From NCBI GenBank assembly GCA_016873335.1, contig VGXN01000002.1, forward strand, positions 4,785 to 68,784: DNA of 64,000 bases, written 5' to 3'. The notes under the pieces are model-generated. The model was not told the origin of the DNA. It searched no databases and was given only the letters and a program-made list of their open reading frames with translations. Source of the stretch: Phycisphaerae bacterium. GTDB taxonomy: Bacteria; Planctomycetota; Phycisphaerae; Phycisphaerales; SM1A02. Shown here one piece after another: positions 25,676 through 35,524 of this stretch. A program made the position numbers and the translations under genes. Numbering within the stretch: the stretch's first letter is position 1; every line of letters begins with the position of its first letter.

Positions 25676-27340
25676 ATGAGCACCGTCCAAGAGCGTGTCA
25701 TTCGGGCGCCGCGGGGAACCGCGATGACCTGCAAAACCTGGGCCGCCGAGGCTGCGCTTCGGATGCTCATGAACAACCTCGATCCCGAAGTCGCGGAACG
25801 CCCCGACGATCTGATCGTGTACGGCGGTCGAGGGCAGGCGGCGCGCTCGTGGCCCGCGTTTGATGCGATCTGTGCCAGCCTGCGCTCGCTCGCTCCCGAC
25901 GAGACGCTCCTCGTGCAGAGCGGCAAGCCCGTGGGCATCGTCCGCACACATGCCGATGCCCCGCGCGTGCTGATCGCCAACTCCAATCTCGTCCCGCACT
26001 GGGCGACCCAGCAGCACTTCGATGACCTGTGCGCGCGAGGGCTGATGATGTTCGGTCAGATGACCGCCGGCAGCTGGATCTACATCGGCACGCAGGGCAT
26101 CTTGCAAGGGACCTTCGAGACATTCGCCGAGTGTGCACGGCAGCACTTCGGTGGCACGCTGAAGGGCACACTGAATGTCACCGCAGGCTGCGGCGGCATG
26201 GGCGGCGCACAACCGCTCGCCATCACCATGAATGAGGGCACCTGCCTCATCGCCGACATCTGCCGCGAGCGCTTGGAGAAGCGCGTCCACGATCGGTACC
26301 TCGACGAGTGGCATACGGATCTCGACACGGCCATCGACCGTGCTTTGGAACTCAAGCGCCGCAGCGAAGGAATCTCCGTCGGCGTTCTCGCGAACGCAGT
26401 CGATCTGCTGCAGCGGCTCTCCGACCGTGCGGTCGTTCCCGACACACTGACCGACCAGACCAGCGCGCACGATCCGCTCGAGGGCTATTACCCGCAGGGA
26501 CTCACGCGCGAAGCGGCGGATGCGCTGCGCACGCAGGATCCCATTCGCTATCAGGAGCTGAGTACCGCGAGCATGGAGCGGCATGTGCGGCTGATGGTCG
26601 ACTTTCTGCGCGCAGGCAGCAAGGTGTTCGACTACGGGAACAACATCCGTCAGCGCGCGCTCGACCATGGATTTGCGGACGCGTTCGCCTTTCCTGGGTT
26701 TGTGCCCGCCTACATCCGCCCGCAGTTCTGCAAGGGGCGCGGGCCCTTCCGCTGGGCGGCGCTGTCAGGTGAACCCGAGGACATTCGTGTCACTGATGAG
26801 GCGGTCCTGGAACTGTTCCCCAAGGATGAGAGCCTGCGGCGCTGGATCCGCATGGCGCAGAAGCGCGTCGCGTTCCAAGGACTTCCCGCGCGCATCTGCT
26901 GGCTTGGTCTTGGCGAACGCCACCGCGCAGGGCTTCGCTTCAACGAACTGGTTGCACAAGGGAAGGTCAAGGCGCCGATCGTGATCGGGCGTGATCATCT
27001 CGACTGCGGCAGCGTGGCGAGCCCCAACCGCGAGACCGAGGCGATGAAGGACGGCACGGATGCGGTGAGCGATTGGGCGCTGCTGAACTTTGCGGTGAAT
27101 ATCGCGAGCGGTGCATCGTGGGCGAGCTTCCATCACGGCGGTGGCGTCGGCATCGGTTTCAGCCAACACGCCGGACAGGTGATCGTGGCCGACGGAACGC
27201 CCGAAGCGGCGCGGCGTTTGGAGCGCGTGCTCACGAATGATCCGATGACGGGCATCTTCCGCCACGCGGACTCGGGCGAAGAGATCGCACAGCGATGCGC
27301 AGACACGCTGGGGGTGAAGATTCCGATGCGTGATTGGTGA
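25676..27340 (+). CDS. hutU: Urocanate hydratase
   Basis: …[50 protein letters not shown]…[20 protein letters not shown]… is typical of HutU over its full 554-aa length. Confidence 0.9.
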   Translation: MSTVQERVIRAPRGTAMTCKTWAAEAALRMLMNNLDPEVAERPDDLIVYGGRGQAARSWPAFDAICASLRSLAPDETLLVQSGKPVGIVRTHADAPRVLIANSNLVPHWATQQHFDDLCARGLMMFGQMTAGSWIYIGTQGILQGTFETFAECARQHFGGTLKGTLNVTAGCGGMGGAQPLAITMNEGTCLIADICRERLEKRVHDRYLDEWHTDLDTAIDRALELKRRSEGISVGVLANAVDLLQRLSDRAVVPDTLTDQTSAHDPLEGYYPQGLTREAADALRTQDPIRYQELSTASMERHVRLMVDFLRAGSKVFDYGNNIRQRALDHGFADAFAFPGFVPAYIRPQFCKGRGPFRWAALSGEPEDIRVTDEAVLELFPKDESLRRWIRMAQKRVAFQGLPARICWLGLGERHRAGLRFNELVAQGKVKAPIVIGRDHLDCGSVASPNRETEAMKDGTDAVSDWALLNFAVNIASGASWASFHHGGGVGIGFSQHAGQVIVADGTPEAARRLERVLTNDPMTGIFRHADSGEEIAQRCADTLGVKIPMRDW

Positions 27341-27352
27341 ACGCCACTCGGC

Positions 27353-28318
27353 CTAGGCCGAGGTCGCCCGCGTCAGACGATCCTGCACGGCAGACCACAC
27401 ACCGCCCTTCCCTTCGGGGCGTTCCACCACGATCCGCTCGCAGCCGCAGGTATCGGCGCGCCGAAGCATTCCGTAGAGCGCCGCGGCATACTGATCCCCC
27501 ATCGCCGGCATCTCCAGCCGAACATGACCCGCAGGCACTTCCGTCCCAGGCAGACAGATCACTGCGGCGGGTCCGCCGCGACTCAACTCATCCGCGAGCC
27601 CCTCGCGCGGGACGATCACCGCGGGCAGCGTTGGCGCGTAGTGGCGGATCGATGTGCCGGGGCTGTTGCTCTGCTCGATGGCCACATCCACCTCGATCGG
27701 TCCGAGCAGTTCCGTCATGCGTTCAATCGTGATCGATCCGAGACGGCGCACGACAGGCTTGGATTCGGTGAGATCGACAACAGTCGACTCGATGCCGACA
27801 TTGCACGGACCGCCATCAAGCACGATGAGCCCTGTCTGCTCGTGGTAGTCGTCGGCCACATGCTGTGCGGTGGTCGGCGAAACGCCGCCGCTGCGGTTCG
27901 CACTCGGAGCGCTGATCGGCGTACCGAGCGCATACAGCAGACTGCGTGCGAGCGGATGCCGAGGACTGCGAATCGCGATCGTGTCATGTCCACCAGTGGC
28001 CGATGCGGGCACCTCTGGTCGGCGCGGCAGGATGATCGTGAGCGGTCCTGGCCAGCATGCACCGATGAGACGCAGCGAGCGGCGCGTCCAACCTGTCGAC
28101 ACCAGCTTCGCCGCGGCGAGGTCGACGACATGCGCGATGAGTGGATTGCCGACAGGGCGCCGCTTCAGTTCGTAGACGCGCGCGATCGCGTGTTCGTTGA
28201 ATGTGTCGGCGCCAAGTCCATACACCGTTTCCGTGGCGAACGCGACGGCCGATCCGCCGCGCAGCTCGCTTGCGGCGAGCGCGATGCTTGCATCGGTGTA
28301 GGGCAGGATCGCTGCCAT
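27353..28318 (-). CDS. tsaC: L-threonylcarbamoyladenylate synthase (Sua5/YwlC type, with C-terminal Sua5 domain)
   Basis: …GSAVAFATETVYGLGADTFNEHAIARVYELKRRPVGNPLIAHV…SAPSANRSG… is the YrdC-domain signature. The length of 321 aa indicates the two-domain Sua5 form. Confidence 0.85.
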   Translation of the reverse strand: MAAILPYTDASIALAASELRGGSAVAFATETVYGLGADTFNEHAIARVYELKRRPVGNPLIAHVVDLAAAKLVSTGWTRRSLRLIGACWPGPLTIILPRRPEVPASATGGHDTIAIRSPRHPLARSLLYALGTPISAPSANRSGGVSPTTAQHVADDYHEQTGLIVLDGGPCNVGIESTVVDLTESKPVVRRLGSITIERMTELLGPIEVDVAIEQSNSPGTSIRHYAPTLPAVIVPREGLADELSRGGPAAVICLPGTEVPAGHVRLEMPAMGDQYAAALYGMLRRADTCGCERIVVERPEGKGGVWSAVQDRLTRATSA

Positions 28319-28322
28319 ACGT

Positions 28323-30095
28323 TCAGGGCGCTCCCTCGATGACGGCGAGGTCGATTCGGTTCATGGTGAGTCCGGTGCCCATGGCGTTGTAGAGGCGTGC
28401 GAGTGCGCTGTTGTATCCGACTTTGGCGTCGATCTCGGCAAGCCACGCCGACGCGAGACGATCCTGAGCAACGAACTTGGTCTGCAGGAACTCAGGCGTC
28501 AGCAAGGCAAGCGTCTCCTCGAACGCAGCAAGGGAACGCACACTTTCGGCTGCGGCGATGCGGCTCGCGCGCGTCTGCTCGATCAACTCAAAGCTTGCCA
28601 CCACGGATCGGAGCGATGTCTTGACCGTAAACACCGCATTCTCGATGGCGGACTGGTACGCGATCACCGCGCCCGACCGCGCGAGCCGCGCACGGCGGTA
28701 CTCCGCTTCCGCCGCACGGTTTCCGATCGGTTGGCTGAACGCCAACTGCCCGAGATACGACACGAAGTTCGCATCGGCGATCTCATTCATCGCTCCACCG
28801 AATGACCCAGATCCTGGATTGGTGTCTTGCCCCGTCAGCGTGACGCCCGCCTGCAACCCGAGCTGCGGAAGCCGCCCGTTGTCGGCAACCACCATCCCAA
28901 TCGACGCATCATCGATCCGCAGCAGCGCCGTGGCGATCGACGGGTTCTGCTCCATCGTCGACACAAGCGCCTCCCGCAGGTTGTATCGGATCGCCTCCTG
29001 ACACATCGTGTCCACGGGCACCAGCACGGTCTCCGATCCCACGGATGCTGCGGGGTCGTTCATCAGCAACTTCAGGCGGTCGCTTTCATCTCGCGCGCGC
29101 AGGCAGGCACGGATGAGCGCTGACTTTCGCTGCTCGACGATCGCGACCGCCAGCGCGTAGTCGGCGACCGTCGCATCGAAGTTCATGCGGCGTTCCAGCA
29201 CGCTGCGCACATCGTCGCCAACCTTCACCAGCCACGCGGATGCCACGACCTGCTGCCGCGCGGACACCAGCGTCCAGTACTGCGTCTCGACCTGTGCGAC
29301 AAGATCGAGCAGCGTCTTGCGCAGCGACACCACTGCCGCACGGTCACGGTTTTGCGCGAGCCGTATCTGTGCTTCGTTCACATCACTGCCAAACCCCTGC
29401 AGCAACGGCTGATTGATGTTGAAGTTGACCGAGTTGGTCCAGTAGTTCGCGGGGTTGTAGATGCTCTGGATGGACTGCTGGGTGTAGTTCGAATTGAAAG
29501 ACGCATTGATCGTTCCACCAGACACCAGACGCTTCTGAATCCCAGTGGACGCAGTCGTCTGCGAGTTCTCCTGAGCAAATGCATTGTTCAGCCCACCCGG
29601 AATGTTGATTGGCGGCGGCGGAAGTTTGCTGAGCTGATACCCGGTGCCCGCGAGCAGCACCGCATCGAAGGCGGCTTCCGCCTTGACGACATCCGCCTCG
29701 GCGACCGCCTGCTCGATCCGAGCCCCCTGCAGCGAGAGGTTGTTTCGGACCGCGGCCAGCATCGCCGACCGCAGACTGACCTGCACGACGGGATCCGCAC
29801 CGTCCGAGACATCCACTCCAAGCGGGAGGCCCGCTCCGCCATCGCGCGCCTGAGGACCAAGTGCATCGAGTTCCGCGAGCCGCGGCGCCAGTTTTTCAAC
29901 GATCTTGCTCGTGTCCTGCGTGACGGGGCGCAGCGGAGTGGCTTCCCCGGGTGCCGGGGGGTCCGCGCCTTGCCTCGCAATCGCCGCCTCGATGGCACCA
30001 CGCAACTGGTCGTCGCCGCGGTCTGTCCCGATCGGCGCCTCGCAGCCGCCGAGCAGCAGCAGCGCGGCCGTACCCCTCCAAGCCAGTGCCCCCAT
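28323..30095 (-). CDS. TolC-family outer-membrane efflux lipoprotein
   Basis: It has a lipobox (MGALAWRGTAALLLLGGC) followed by a long two-repeat helical protein rich in coiled segments (…LSLQGARIEQAVAEADVVKAEAAFDAVL…, …AEAEYRRARLARSGAVIAYQSAIENAVF…), typical of OEP/TolC. An alternative start is at 30131. Confidence 0.6.
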   Translation of the reverse strand: MGALAWRGTAALLLLGGCEAPIGTDRGDDQLRGAIEAAIARQGADPPAPGEATPLRPVTQDTSKIVEKLAPRLAELDALGPQARDGGAGLPLGVDVSDGADPVVQVSLRSAMLAAVRNNLSLQGARIEQAVAEADVVKAEAAFDAVLLAGTGYQLSKLPPPPINIPGGLNNAFAQENSQTTASTGIQKRLVSGGTINASFNSNYTQQSIQSIYNPANYWTNSVNFNINQPLLQGFGSDVNEAQIRLAQNRDRAAVVSLRKTLLDLVAQVETQYWTLVSARQQVVASAWLVKVGDDVRSVLERRMNFDATVADYALAVAIVEQRKSALIRACLRARDESDRLKLLMNDPAASVGSETVLVPVDTMCQEAIRYNLREALVSTMEQNPSIATALLRIDDASIGMVVADNGRLPQLGLQAGVTLTGQDTNPGSGSFGGAMNEIADANFVSYLGQLAFSQPIGNRAAEAEYRRARLARSGAVIAYQSAIENAVFTVKTSLRSVVASFELIEQTRASRIAAAESVRSLAAFEETLALLTPEFLQTKFVAQDRLASAWLAEIDAKVGYNSALARLYNAMGTGLTMNRIDLAVIEGAP

Positions 30096-30158
30096 GCGCA
30101 CGCGCGACACTTGAAAAATTCCTTCAGGCACTCAGGGATGGTATCCGATAAAAACGGA

Positions 30159-31490
30159 ATGGAGAGAGCATCACTCACGACCGTCCTGTTCACGCACGCA
30201 CTCATCGCTTCATCGCTGCTGCTTCCATGCGCAGTGTTGTCTGCAGCACCGCTGCAGGACGCCGCAGCAGCGTCCGCGAGCAAATCGACGCCGCACTTTG
30301 CCACGGTGACTGCCGACAACGTGTATGTCCGCAGTGGTCCGAGTGTGCAGAGCTCGTATCCCTTCGGCAAGATGAACCGCGGCGATGTGGTTCGCGTCAT
30401 GGAAGAGAACTTCGGCTGGGCGCGCGTGCAGACAGGTGGTCGCGCGTTCTCTGATTCGGTCGGTTACGTGACCGTGGATGATCGTGTGCAGATGTCCACC
30501 GACGGTTCGACCATCACCGCGAGCGCGGTCACTGAGGTGCGTGCCCCAAACATCAGCACCGACTCGACCCCCGAGAGTTCGTGGAAGCAGATCGCGCGGG
30601 TTGAGGCGGGGGCAACGCTGCCTGTCGTGCAGCGGATCGACACCGAACGCGGATCGGTCTGGTCCGTTCGTCTCCCCGACAGCGGCGAGGGCTGGATCAA
30701 CTCGAACTTCCTGCGCCGTGCGACGGCGGATGAGGCGCGCGGCTACGACCAGGAAATCGCGGCGACCGCATCCCATGGCACTGTTCAGCCCGCAGCTGCG
30801 CAGAGCGGCGGCGAAGGTGCCGCGGAGTCCGTCACCCAAGAGACGCTGACGATCGACGGATCGCGCGAGATCGAGAGCAAGACGGTCGAGACCGTTGAGG
30901 CGGTCGAAGTGGTTGTACCCGTCAAGACGGCCGAGCAGATTGCCGCGGAACGGCGACGCGCATTGTTCGCGGAACTCGAAGGAAAGTGGCTGGTGATGAA
31001 AGGCCAGCCGATCGAGTCAGCGGAACTGACCGCGCTGTACGCGGGCTACATGACCCTTGCGGCGGAGCCTGACCTCGAGCGAACCATCAAGGCGACCGCT
31101 GCAACGCGCCTCGAACAGATCGACGTGCAAGAGGATGTGCAGGAGCGCATCGCACAACTGAAGGAGACCAAAGCACGCCTCAACCAAGAGTGCGAGCAGA
31201 TCAACGGCGTGGCATCTGCGATCGAAGCACGCAGCGAGTACACGGCCGTGGGTGTGCTCAACGCATCGATCGTGTACGACGGCAAAACGCTGCCACTGCT
31301 GTTCCGCCTGCAGGATCCCGCGAGCGGTCAGACCGTCGCCTATGTGACGCCTGGCGACGGGTTCCAACTGTCGACCATGGTGGGAACGCTCATCGGCGTC
31401 AAGGGTGACACGGCCTACGACGACGCGCTGAAACTCGACACCATCACGCCGCGCACGATCGACTTCCTCAGCGCGAAGCAGGGCAACTGA
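30159..31490 (+). CDS. Secreted protein with two bacterial SH3-like domains and a coiled-coil C-terminal half
   Basis: It has a signal peptide (MERASLTTVLFTHALIASSLLLPCAVLSAAP). SH3b-like segments are TADNVYVRSGPSVQSSYPFGKMNRGDVVRVMEENFGWARVQ and …ARVEAGATLPVVQRIDTERGSVWSVRLPDSGEGWINSNFL. An alternative start is at 30138. Confidence 0.55.
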   Translation: MERASLTTVLFTHALIASSLLLPCAVLSAAPLQDAAAASASKSTPHFATVTADNVYVRSGPSVQSSYPFGKMNRGDVVRVMEENFGWARVQTGGRAFSDSVGYVTVDDRVQMSTDGSTITASAVTEVRAPNISTDSTPESSWKQIARVEAGATLPVVQRIDTERGSVWSVRLPDSGEGWINSNFLRRATADEARGYDQEIAATASHGTVQPAAAQSGGEGAAESVTQETLTIDGSREIESKTVETVEAVEVVVPVKTAEQIAAERRRALFAELEGKWLVMKGQPIESAELTALYAGYMTLAAEPDLERTIKATAATRLEQIDVQEDVQERIAQLKETKARLNQECEQINGVASAIEARSEYTAVGVLNASIVYDGKTLPLLFRLQDPASGQTVAYVTPGDGFQLSTMVGTLIGVKGDTAYDDALKLDTITPRTIDFLSAKQGN

Positions 31491-31554
31491 ACAGCCGCGC
31501 GCTTCGCGCACCGATTCACTGATCTCGCTAGCATCTCCCGCTCGACTGCAGACA

Positions 31555-31627
31555 GGGGCGTTAGCTCAATTGGGAGAGCGCCGCCTTTGCAAGGCGGAGG
31601 TTATCGGTTCGACCCCGATACGCTCCA
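31555..31627 (+). tRNA. tRNA-Ala (TGC)
   Basis: GGGGCGTTAGCTCAATTGGGAGAGCGCCGCCTTTGCAAGGCGGAGGTTATCGGTTCGACCCCGATACGCTCCA. The acceptor stem has the G3:U70 Ala identity pair, the anticodon loop is TTTGCAA, and the T-arm is TCGG-TTCGACC-CCGA. CCA is not encoded. Confidence 0.9.
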
Positions 31628-31657
31628 TTCCCCTCGCTGCACCGCTGCCCGCGCAGG

Positions 31658-32413
31658 TCACTTCGGCTCTTGTCTGAGCCGCAAAATCGCAGCGGCGCAA
31701 CTGGCAGCCAGTTCAATCCGAAGGATCGACTCGCCGAGCGACATTTGGCGCGCGCCGCGCGAGTGTGCATCGGCGATCTCCTCGGCGCTGAAACCGCCCT
31801 CTGGCCCGATCAACACAAGCACGCCGGCGGCGCCGTCCGCCATCGAGGCCGAACCCGTTGCCGCACATGAGGCGGGCGTCGCTTCGTCCGCGTGCTTGGG
31901 CGGGTGCGCAAGCAGCACACGCAGCGAACGCGCGCGTGCATCGTCGCAGCACTCCGCCACACTCCGCGCGGGAGCGATCTGCGGCACGAAGGGTTGCTTG
32001 GACTGCTTGCACGCCGCGACCAGCACTCGCTGCGCCCTCTGCGCCAGTGCCGCGGAGAAATGCACAACCGAGTGACGGCACTCCAGCGGGATCCATGCGG
32101 CCACCGAAAGCGGCGCAATCGCTTCCAGCAGCGTCGCCAACCGATCCCCCTTGGGAACGGCACTGGCAATCTCGATGCGGGGTGCGCATGGCGTGCGGCG
32201 TTCCACCGTCGTGAACTGCGCGTGAACGGCATCGCCCGAGCCCACGAGCAAGTGCGCGGCAGCCACAGCCCCCCGCCCATCAAAGAGCGTCACAGCATCG
32301 CCATCACGCAAGCGCCTGCTGCCCGCCGCATGGCGTGCTTCGTCCGCACTGATCGCGACACGTCCACCGCCCGGGGAAGCAAACGCAGGGACATGGATCC
32401 ACGGCCCACTCAT
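31658..32413 (-). CDS. rsmE: 16S rRNA (uracil1498-N3)-methyltransferase
   Basis: It has an N-terminal PUA-like region with …HAAGSRRLRDGDAVTLFDGRG… and the C-terminal SPOUT motif LIGPEGGFSAEEI…LGESILRIE.A. ATGA overlaps rsmJ. Confidence 0.85.
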   Translation of the reverse strand: MSGPWIHVPAFASPGGGRVAISADEARHAAGSRRLRDGDAVTLFDGRGAVAAAHLLVGSGDAVHAQFTTVERRTPCAPRIEIASAVPKGDRLATLLEAIAPLSVAAWIPLECRHSVVHFSAALAQRAQRVLVAACKQSKQPFVPQIAPARSVAECCDDARARSLRVLLAHPPKHADEATPASCAATGSASMADGAAGVLVLIGPEGGFSAEEIADAHSRGARQMSLGESILRIELAASCAAAILRLRQEPK

Positions 32414-33084
32414 GCCGAGCGCTCCCGCAGCGCGCGCAGGCCGCGCCCTGCGCCCGCATAGATGTCGTAGCGCACCAGCTTGCTCTCGATTTGCGCGTCC
32501 GGTGGACAGAGCAGGCTCGGCGCGCCATGCGGCCGCTTGACCACGATGCGCCGCGTTCCCGTCGCCGCAGCGGCAAGCAGCAGTGCATCGGCGTCCCCAT
32601 CGTCACCAACCGCAGCTCGCACCAGGCGAATCGACTTCTGCGCGAGCGCACTGCCTTGCTTGGGCGGATACATCGGATCGAGATAGATGGCGGACCATTC
32701 GCCGCGAAGCGTCGGCAGCAGTTCGGTTGCGTTGCCGCCTTGCAACTCGACTCGCGCAGCCACGAGAGACAACTTCGCATCGCTCTGGGCGCGCTGCAGC
32801 CCGTCCGCGAGAACACGCAGCACGATCGGCGAGCGCTCGATCGCGAGAACATCGCTCCCCGCAGCCGCGAGCAGCCAGGCATCACCGCCAAGTCCTGCCG
32901 TCGCATCCACGATCTTGCCGCGTCCGCCGCACGCGCGCACGAGCGCCAACTTCGCCACACCGCGCAGCGACACACGACGGAAGTCGACACAGACCCCGCG
33001 ACCACTTGGGTCGTCGGACCATGCCATTTCCATCCGTCCATCCGGATCGATGCGTGACACGACGGTGGCGTCGGCTTCAACCAT
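32410..33084 (-). CDS. rsmJ: SAM-dependent 16S rRNA m2G1516 methyltransferase RsmJ-like
   Basis: …VVDATAGLGGDAWLLAAAGSDVLAIERSP…VIYLDPMYPPK… matches the RsmJ (DUF548) pattern. The start was set at M16 of the track ORF, clearing the divergent CBS gene. Confidence 0.7.
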   Translation of the reverse strand: MVEADATVVSRIDPDGRMEMAWSDDPSGRGVCVDFRRVSLRGVAKLALVRACGGRGKIVDATAGLGGDAWLLAAAGSDVLAIERSPIVLRVLADGLQRAQSDAKLSLVAARVELQGGNATELLPTLRGEWSAIYLDPMYPPKQGSALAQKSIRLVRAAVGDDGDADALLLAAAATGTRRIVVKRPHGAPSLLCPPDAQIESKLVRYDIYAGAGRGLRALRERSA

Positions 33085-33107
33085 GCCCGCAGTATTACAC
33101 TCGCGGC

Positions 33108-34493
33108 ATGCCGACTGCCACGACCGCACCCGTTTACAGCAGCATTCTCGACACCATCGGCAATACGCCCCTGCTGAAGATCCAGCGGCTCGATACGGGG
33201 CCCTGCGAGCTGTTCGCGAAGCTCGAGAACCTCAATCCAGGGCAGTCGATCAAGGATCGCATCGCGCTCACCATGATCGCGGCGGCGGAGCGGGAGGGGC
33301 GACTGCGCCCGGGCGGTCGCATCATCGAAGCCACCGCAGGAAACACGGGCATCGCGCTGGCGCTCATCGCCGCCGTGAAGGGGTACCGACTGACCGTCGT
33401 GATGCCCGACAAGATGAGCGAAGAGAAGATGGCGCACCTGCGCGCGATGGGCGCGGAGGTCGTGCTGACCCGTTCCGATGTGGAGAAGGGTCACCCCGAG
33501 TACTACCAAGACATGGCGGAGCGCATGGCAGCAAAGGATGCAAACTCCTTCTATGTCAATCAGTTCGGCAACTCGAACAATGTGAAGGCGCACTTCGAGG
33601 GAACGGGACCGGAGATCTGGGAGCAGATGGGCGGACGCATCGATGCCTTTGTGGCGGGCGTCGGGTCGGGTGGCACCATCGCCGGTGTCGGCGCGTTCCT
33701 GAAGGCGCACAACCCGTCCTGCGAGATCGTGCTTGCGGATCCTGTCGGGTCGATTCTGGCGCCGCTCGTGAACGAAGGAAAGACCGTGAAGCCAGGCTCC
33801 TGGCTGGTGGAGGGAATCGGCGAGGACTTCGTCCCGCCGATTCTTGACCTCAAGGTTGTGGACAGCGCGATCGCGGTGTCCGACGCGGAAGCGTTCGCTT
33901 CCGTGCGCGAACTGCTGCGCGCAGAGGGCATTCTTGCGGGATCGAGCGTTGGCGTGCTCATGCATGCGGCGCTGACCTACTGTCGTCGGCAGCGCGAACC
34001 CAAGCGCGTGGTCACACTGATCTGCGACAGCGGCGCGAAGTACCTGTCGAAGATGTACAACGACTTCTGGATGCGGGATCAGGGATTCCTCGGGCGAACA
34101 CCCACGGGCGACCTGCGCGATCTCATCGCGCGGCGCCACGACCTGTGCGAGGACTTTGTGCTGCAGCCGACCGTTCCGCTTGCGATTGCCATTCGCCGCA
34201 TGCGGCTCTTTGGTGTCAGCCAGCTCGCAGTGCTGGATGCCAACGACACCCTGGTGGGCATCATGGACGAGAGCGATGTGCTGCTCGCGCTCGCGCAGCG
34301 ACCGAATGCCGCGGACGCGACCGTGGCCGAGCACATGGTGACCCGCGTCGAGACGATCGCGCCCTCGAAGCCGATCGGCGACCTCTTCCCGATCTTCCGC
34401 GCGGATCGCGTGGCGGTCGTCCATGACGGCAGCCGCTTCTACGGATTGATCACCAAGATCGACCTTATCAACCACTTGCGCAAGCAGGGTTGA
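33108..34493 (+). CDS. Cystathionine beta-synthase (PLP fold-type II domain plus C-terminal CBS pair)
   Basis: …IGNTPLLKIQRL…AKLENLNPGQSIKDRIALTMI…EATAGNTGIALALIAA…GVGSGGTIAGV… is followed by a CBS-pair region (…PLAIAIRRMRLFGVSQLAVLDANDTLVGIMDESDVL…FYGLITKIDLINHL). Confidence 0.85.
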   Translation: MPTATTAPVYSSILDTIGNTPLLKIQRLDTGPCELFAKLENLNPGQSIKDRIALTMIAAAEREGRLRPGGRIIEATAGNTGIALALIAAVKGYRLTVVMPDKMSEEKMAHLRAMGAEVVLTRSDVEKGHPEYYQDMAERMAAKDANSFYVNQFGNSNNVKAHFEGTGPEIWEQMGGRIDAFVAGVGSGGTIAGVGAFLKAHNPSCEIVLADPVGSILAPLVNEGKTVKPGSWLVEGIGEDFVPPILDLKVVDSAIAVSDAEAFASVRELLRAEGILAGSSVGVLMHAALTYCRRQREPKRVVTLICDSGAKYLSKMYNDFWMRDQGFLGRTPTGDLRDLIARRHDLCEDFVLQPTVPLAIAIRRMRLFGVSQLAVLDANDTLVGIMDESDVLLALAQRPNAADATVAEHMVTRVETIAPSKPIGDLFPIFRADRVAVVHDGSRFYGLITKIDLINHLRKQG

Positions 34494-34671
34494 ACGCTGG
34501 GCTTGGCAGTCGCCCTCGTGGCTTGCGCTGCCGAGTGATTTGTGCGACAATTCGCGGCTCCCCTGAACTGGGGACACATCTTCTGCCCGCCTTGCCTCCG
34601 CGCGCGCGGCGGCACAACTCGCTGGGGTCACAGGCGGCACCCCTAACTCTCCACTGAAAGGACAGCGACTC

Positions 34672-35358
34672 ATGCCACGCAACTACGAACTCCTCCTGCT
34701 CGAGTCGATCGAGAACCTTGGTCTCGTTGGCGATGTGGTCAAGGTGCGACCTGGATTTGCACGCAACTACCTCCTGCCCAACGGGATGGCGGAGACACCG
34801 ACCGCAGAGAAGATCGAGGCGCTGAAGGAAGCGCGAGCGATCGCCGAGGCACAGGTCGCCAAGCAGCGTGCCGACCGCGAGGCGCTGATCGCCCGCATGT
34901 CGGGCGTCTCGATCACGCTCGTGCGTGCCTGCAACGATCAGGGCATTCTCTATGGTGCTGTCACGCAGCGTGATATCAGCGATCAACTCATCAGCGAGGG
35001 CTACGGCGTCGACATGCGCGCCGTTCGTCTGAACAATCCGATCCGCCGCGTCAGCACGGAAAGCGTCACCATTCAGTTTGGACGCGATCTGATCGCGGAG
35101 ATCACGGTGATCGTGAAGCCAGACCGCATCATCGAACTTGAAACTCCTGCAAACGCCCCGAGCGGCGACGAGCCTCCGGCGGATGCAGAGCCAAGCGATG
35201 CCGCGGACGCGGCAACGAGCGATGCTGGCAAGCCCGACGGCAAGTCGGGCGGCAAGCCCGAAGGCAAGTCGGGCAGCAAGCCCGAAGGCAAGTCGGGCGG
35301 CAAGTCCGAAGGCAAGTCGGGCGGCAAGCGCCGCGACAAGACTGCCGCAGCGGAGTGA
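34672..35358 (+). CDS. rplI: 50S ribosomal protein L9 with repetitive Lys/Gly/Ser/Glu C-terminal tail
   Basis: MPRNYELLLLESIENLGLVGDVVKVRPGFARNYLLPNGMAE is the L9 N-domain signature, followed by the linker helix and C-domain. After that comes an approximately 75-aa acidic/KPEGKSGG-repeat extension. Confidence 0.9.
   Translation: MPRNYELLLLESIENLGLVGDVVKVRPGFARNYLLPNGMAETPTAEKIEALKEARAIAEAQVAKQRADREALIARMSGVSITLVRACNDQGILYGAVTQRDISDQLISEGYGVDMRAVRLNNPIRRVSTESVTIQFGRDLIAEITVIVKPDRIIELETPANAPSGDEPPADAEPSDAADAATSDAGKPDGKSGGKPEGKSGSKPEGKSGGKSEGKSGGKRRDKTAAAE
35227..35322 (+). repeat. Four tandem 24-nt coding repeats (GKPEGKSG) in the L9 tail
   Basis: ggcaagcccga(c/a)ggcaagtcgggc occurs four times with 1-2 substitutions, in frame with rplI. 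Confidence 0.9.
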
Positions 35359-35524
35359 CGGCGCCGACGGAGCGCGAGCCACACGAATCTCCCGACAGGA
35401 AATCCGCAGATCGGCCGCTCGGATGGTCGATGACCTCCAACGCCGCTCGGCATGCACGGCGCCGCGGTAACCGATGCGTCGGTGTCGAAGCCGCTGCAGA
35501 GCGCACGACAGGGAGATTTGCACC

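Noticed and set aside
32304-34682. A 792-aa ORF on the minus strand, the longest unexplained ORF in the track.
   Set aside because: It runs antisense to cystathionine beta-synthase and out of frame across rsmJ. The translation is Arg/His/Ala-rich with no recognisable motif, which is the typical shadow ORF of GC-rich DNA. The recognisable genes account for the region.
35227-35322. A possible CRISPR-like or minisatellite array.
   Set aside because: The units are contiguous 24-nt repeats without spacers, in frame within rplI. This is not a CRISPR. No other repeat-spacer architecture was seen anywhere in the window.
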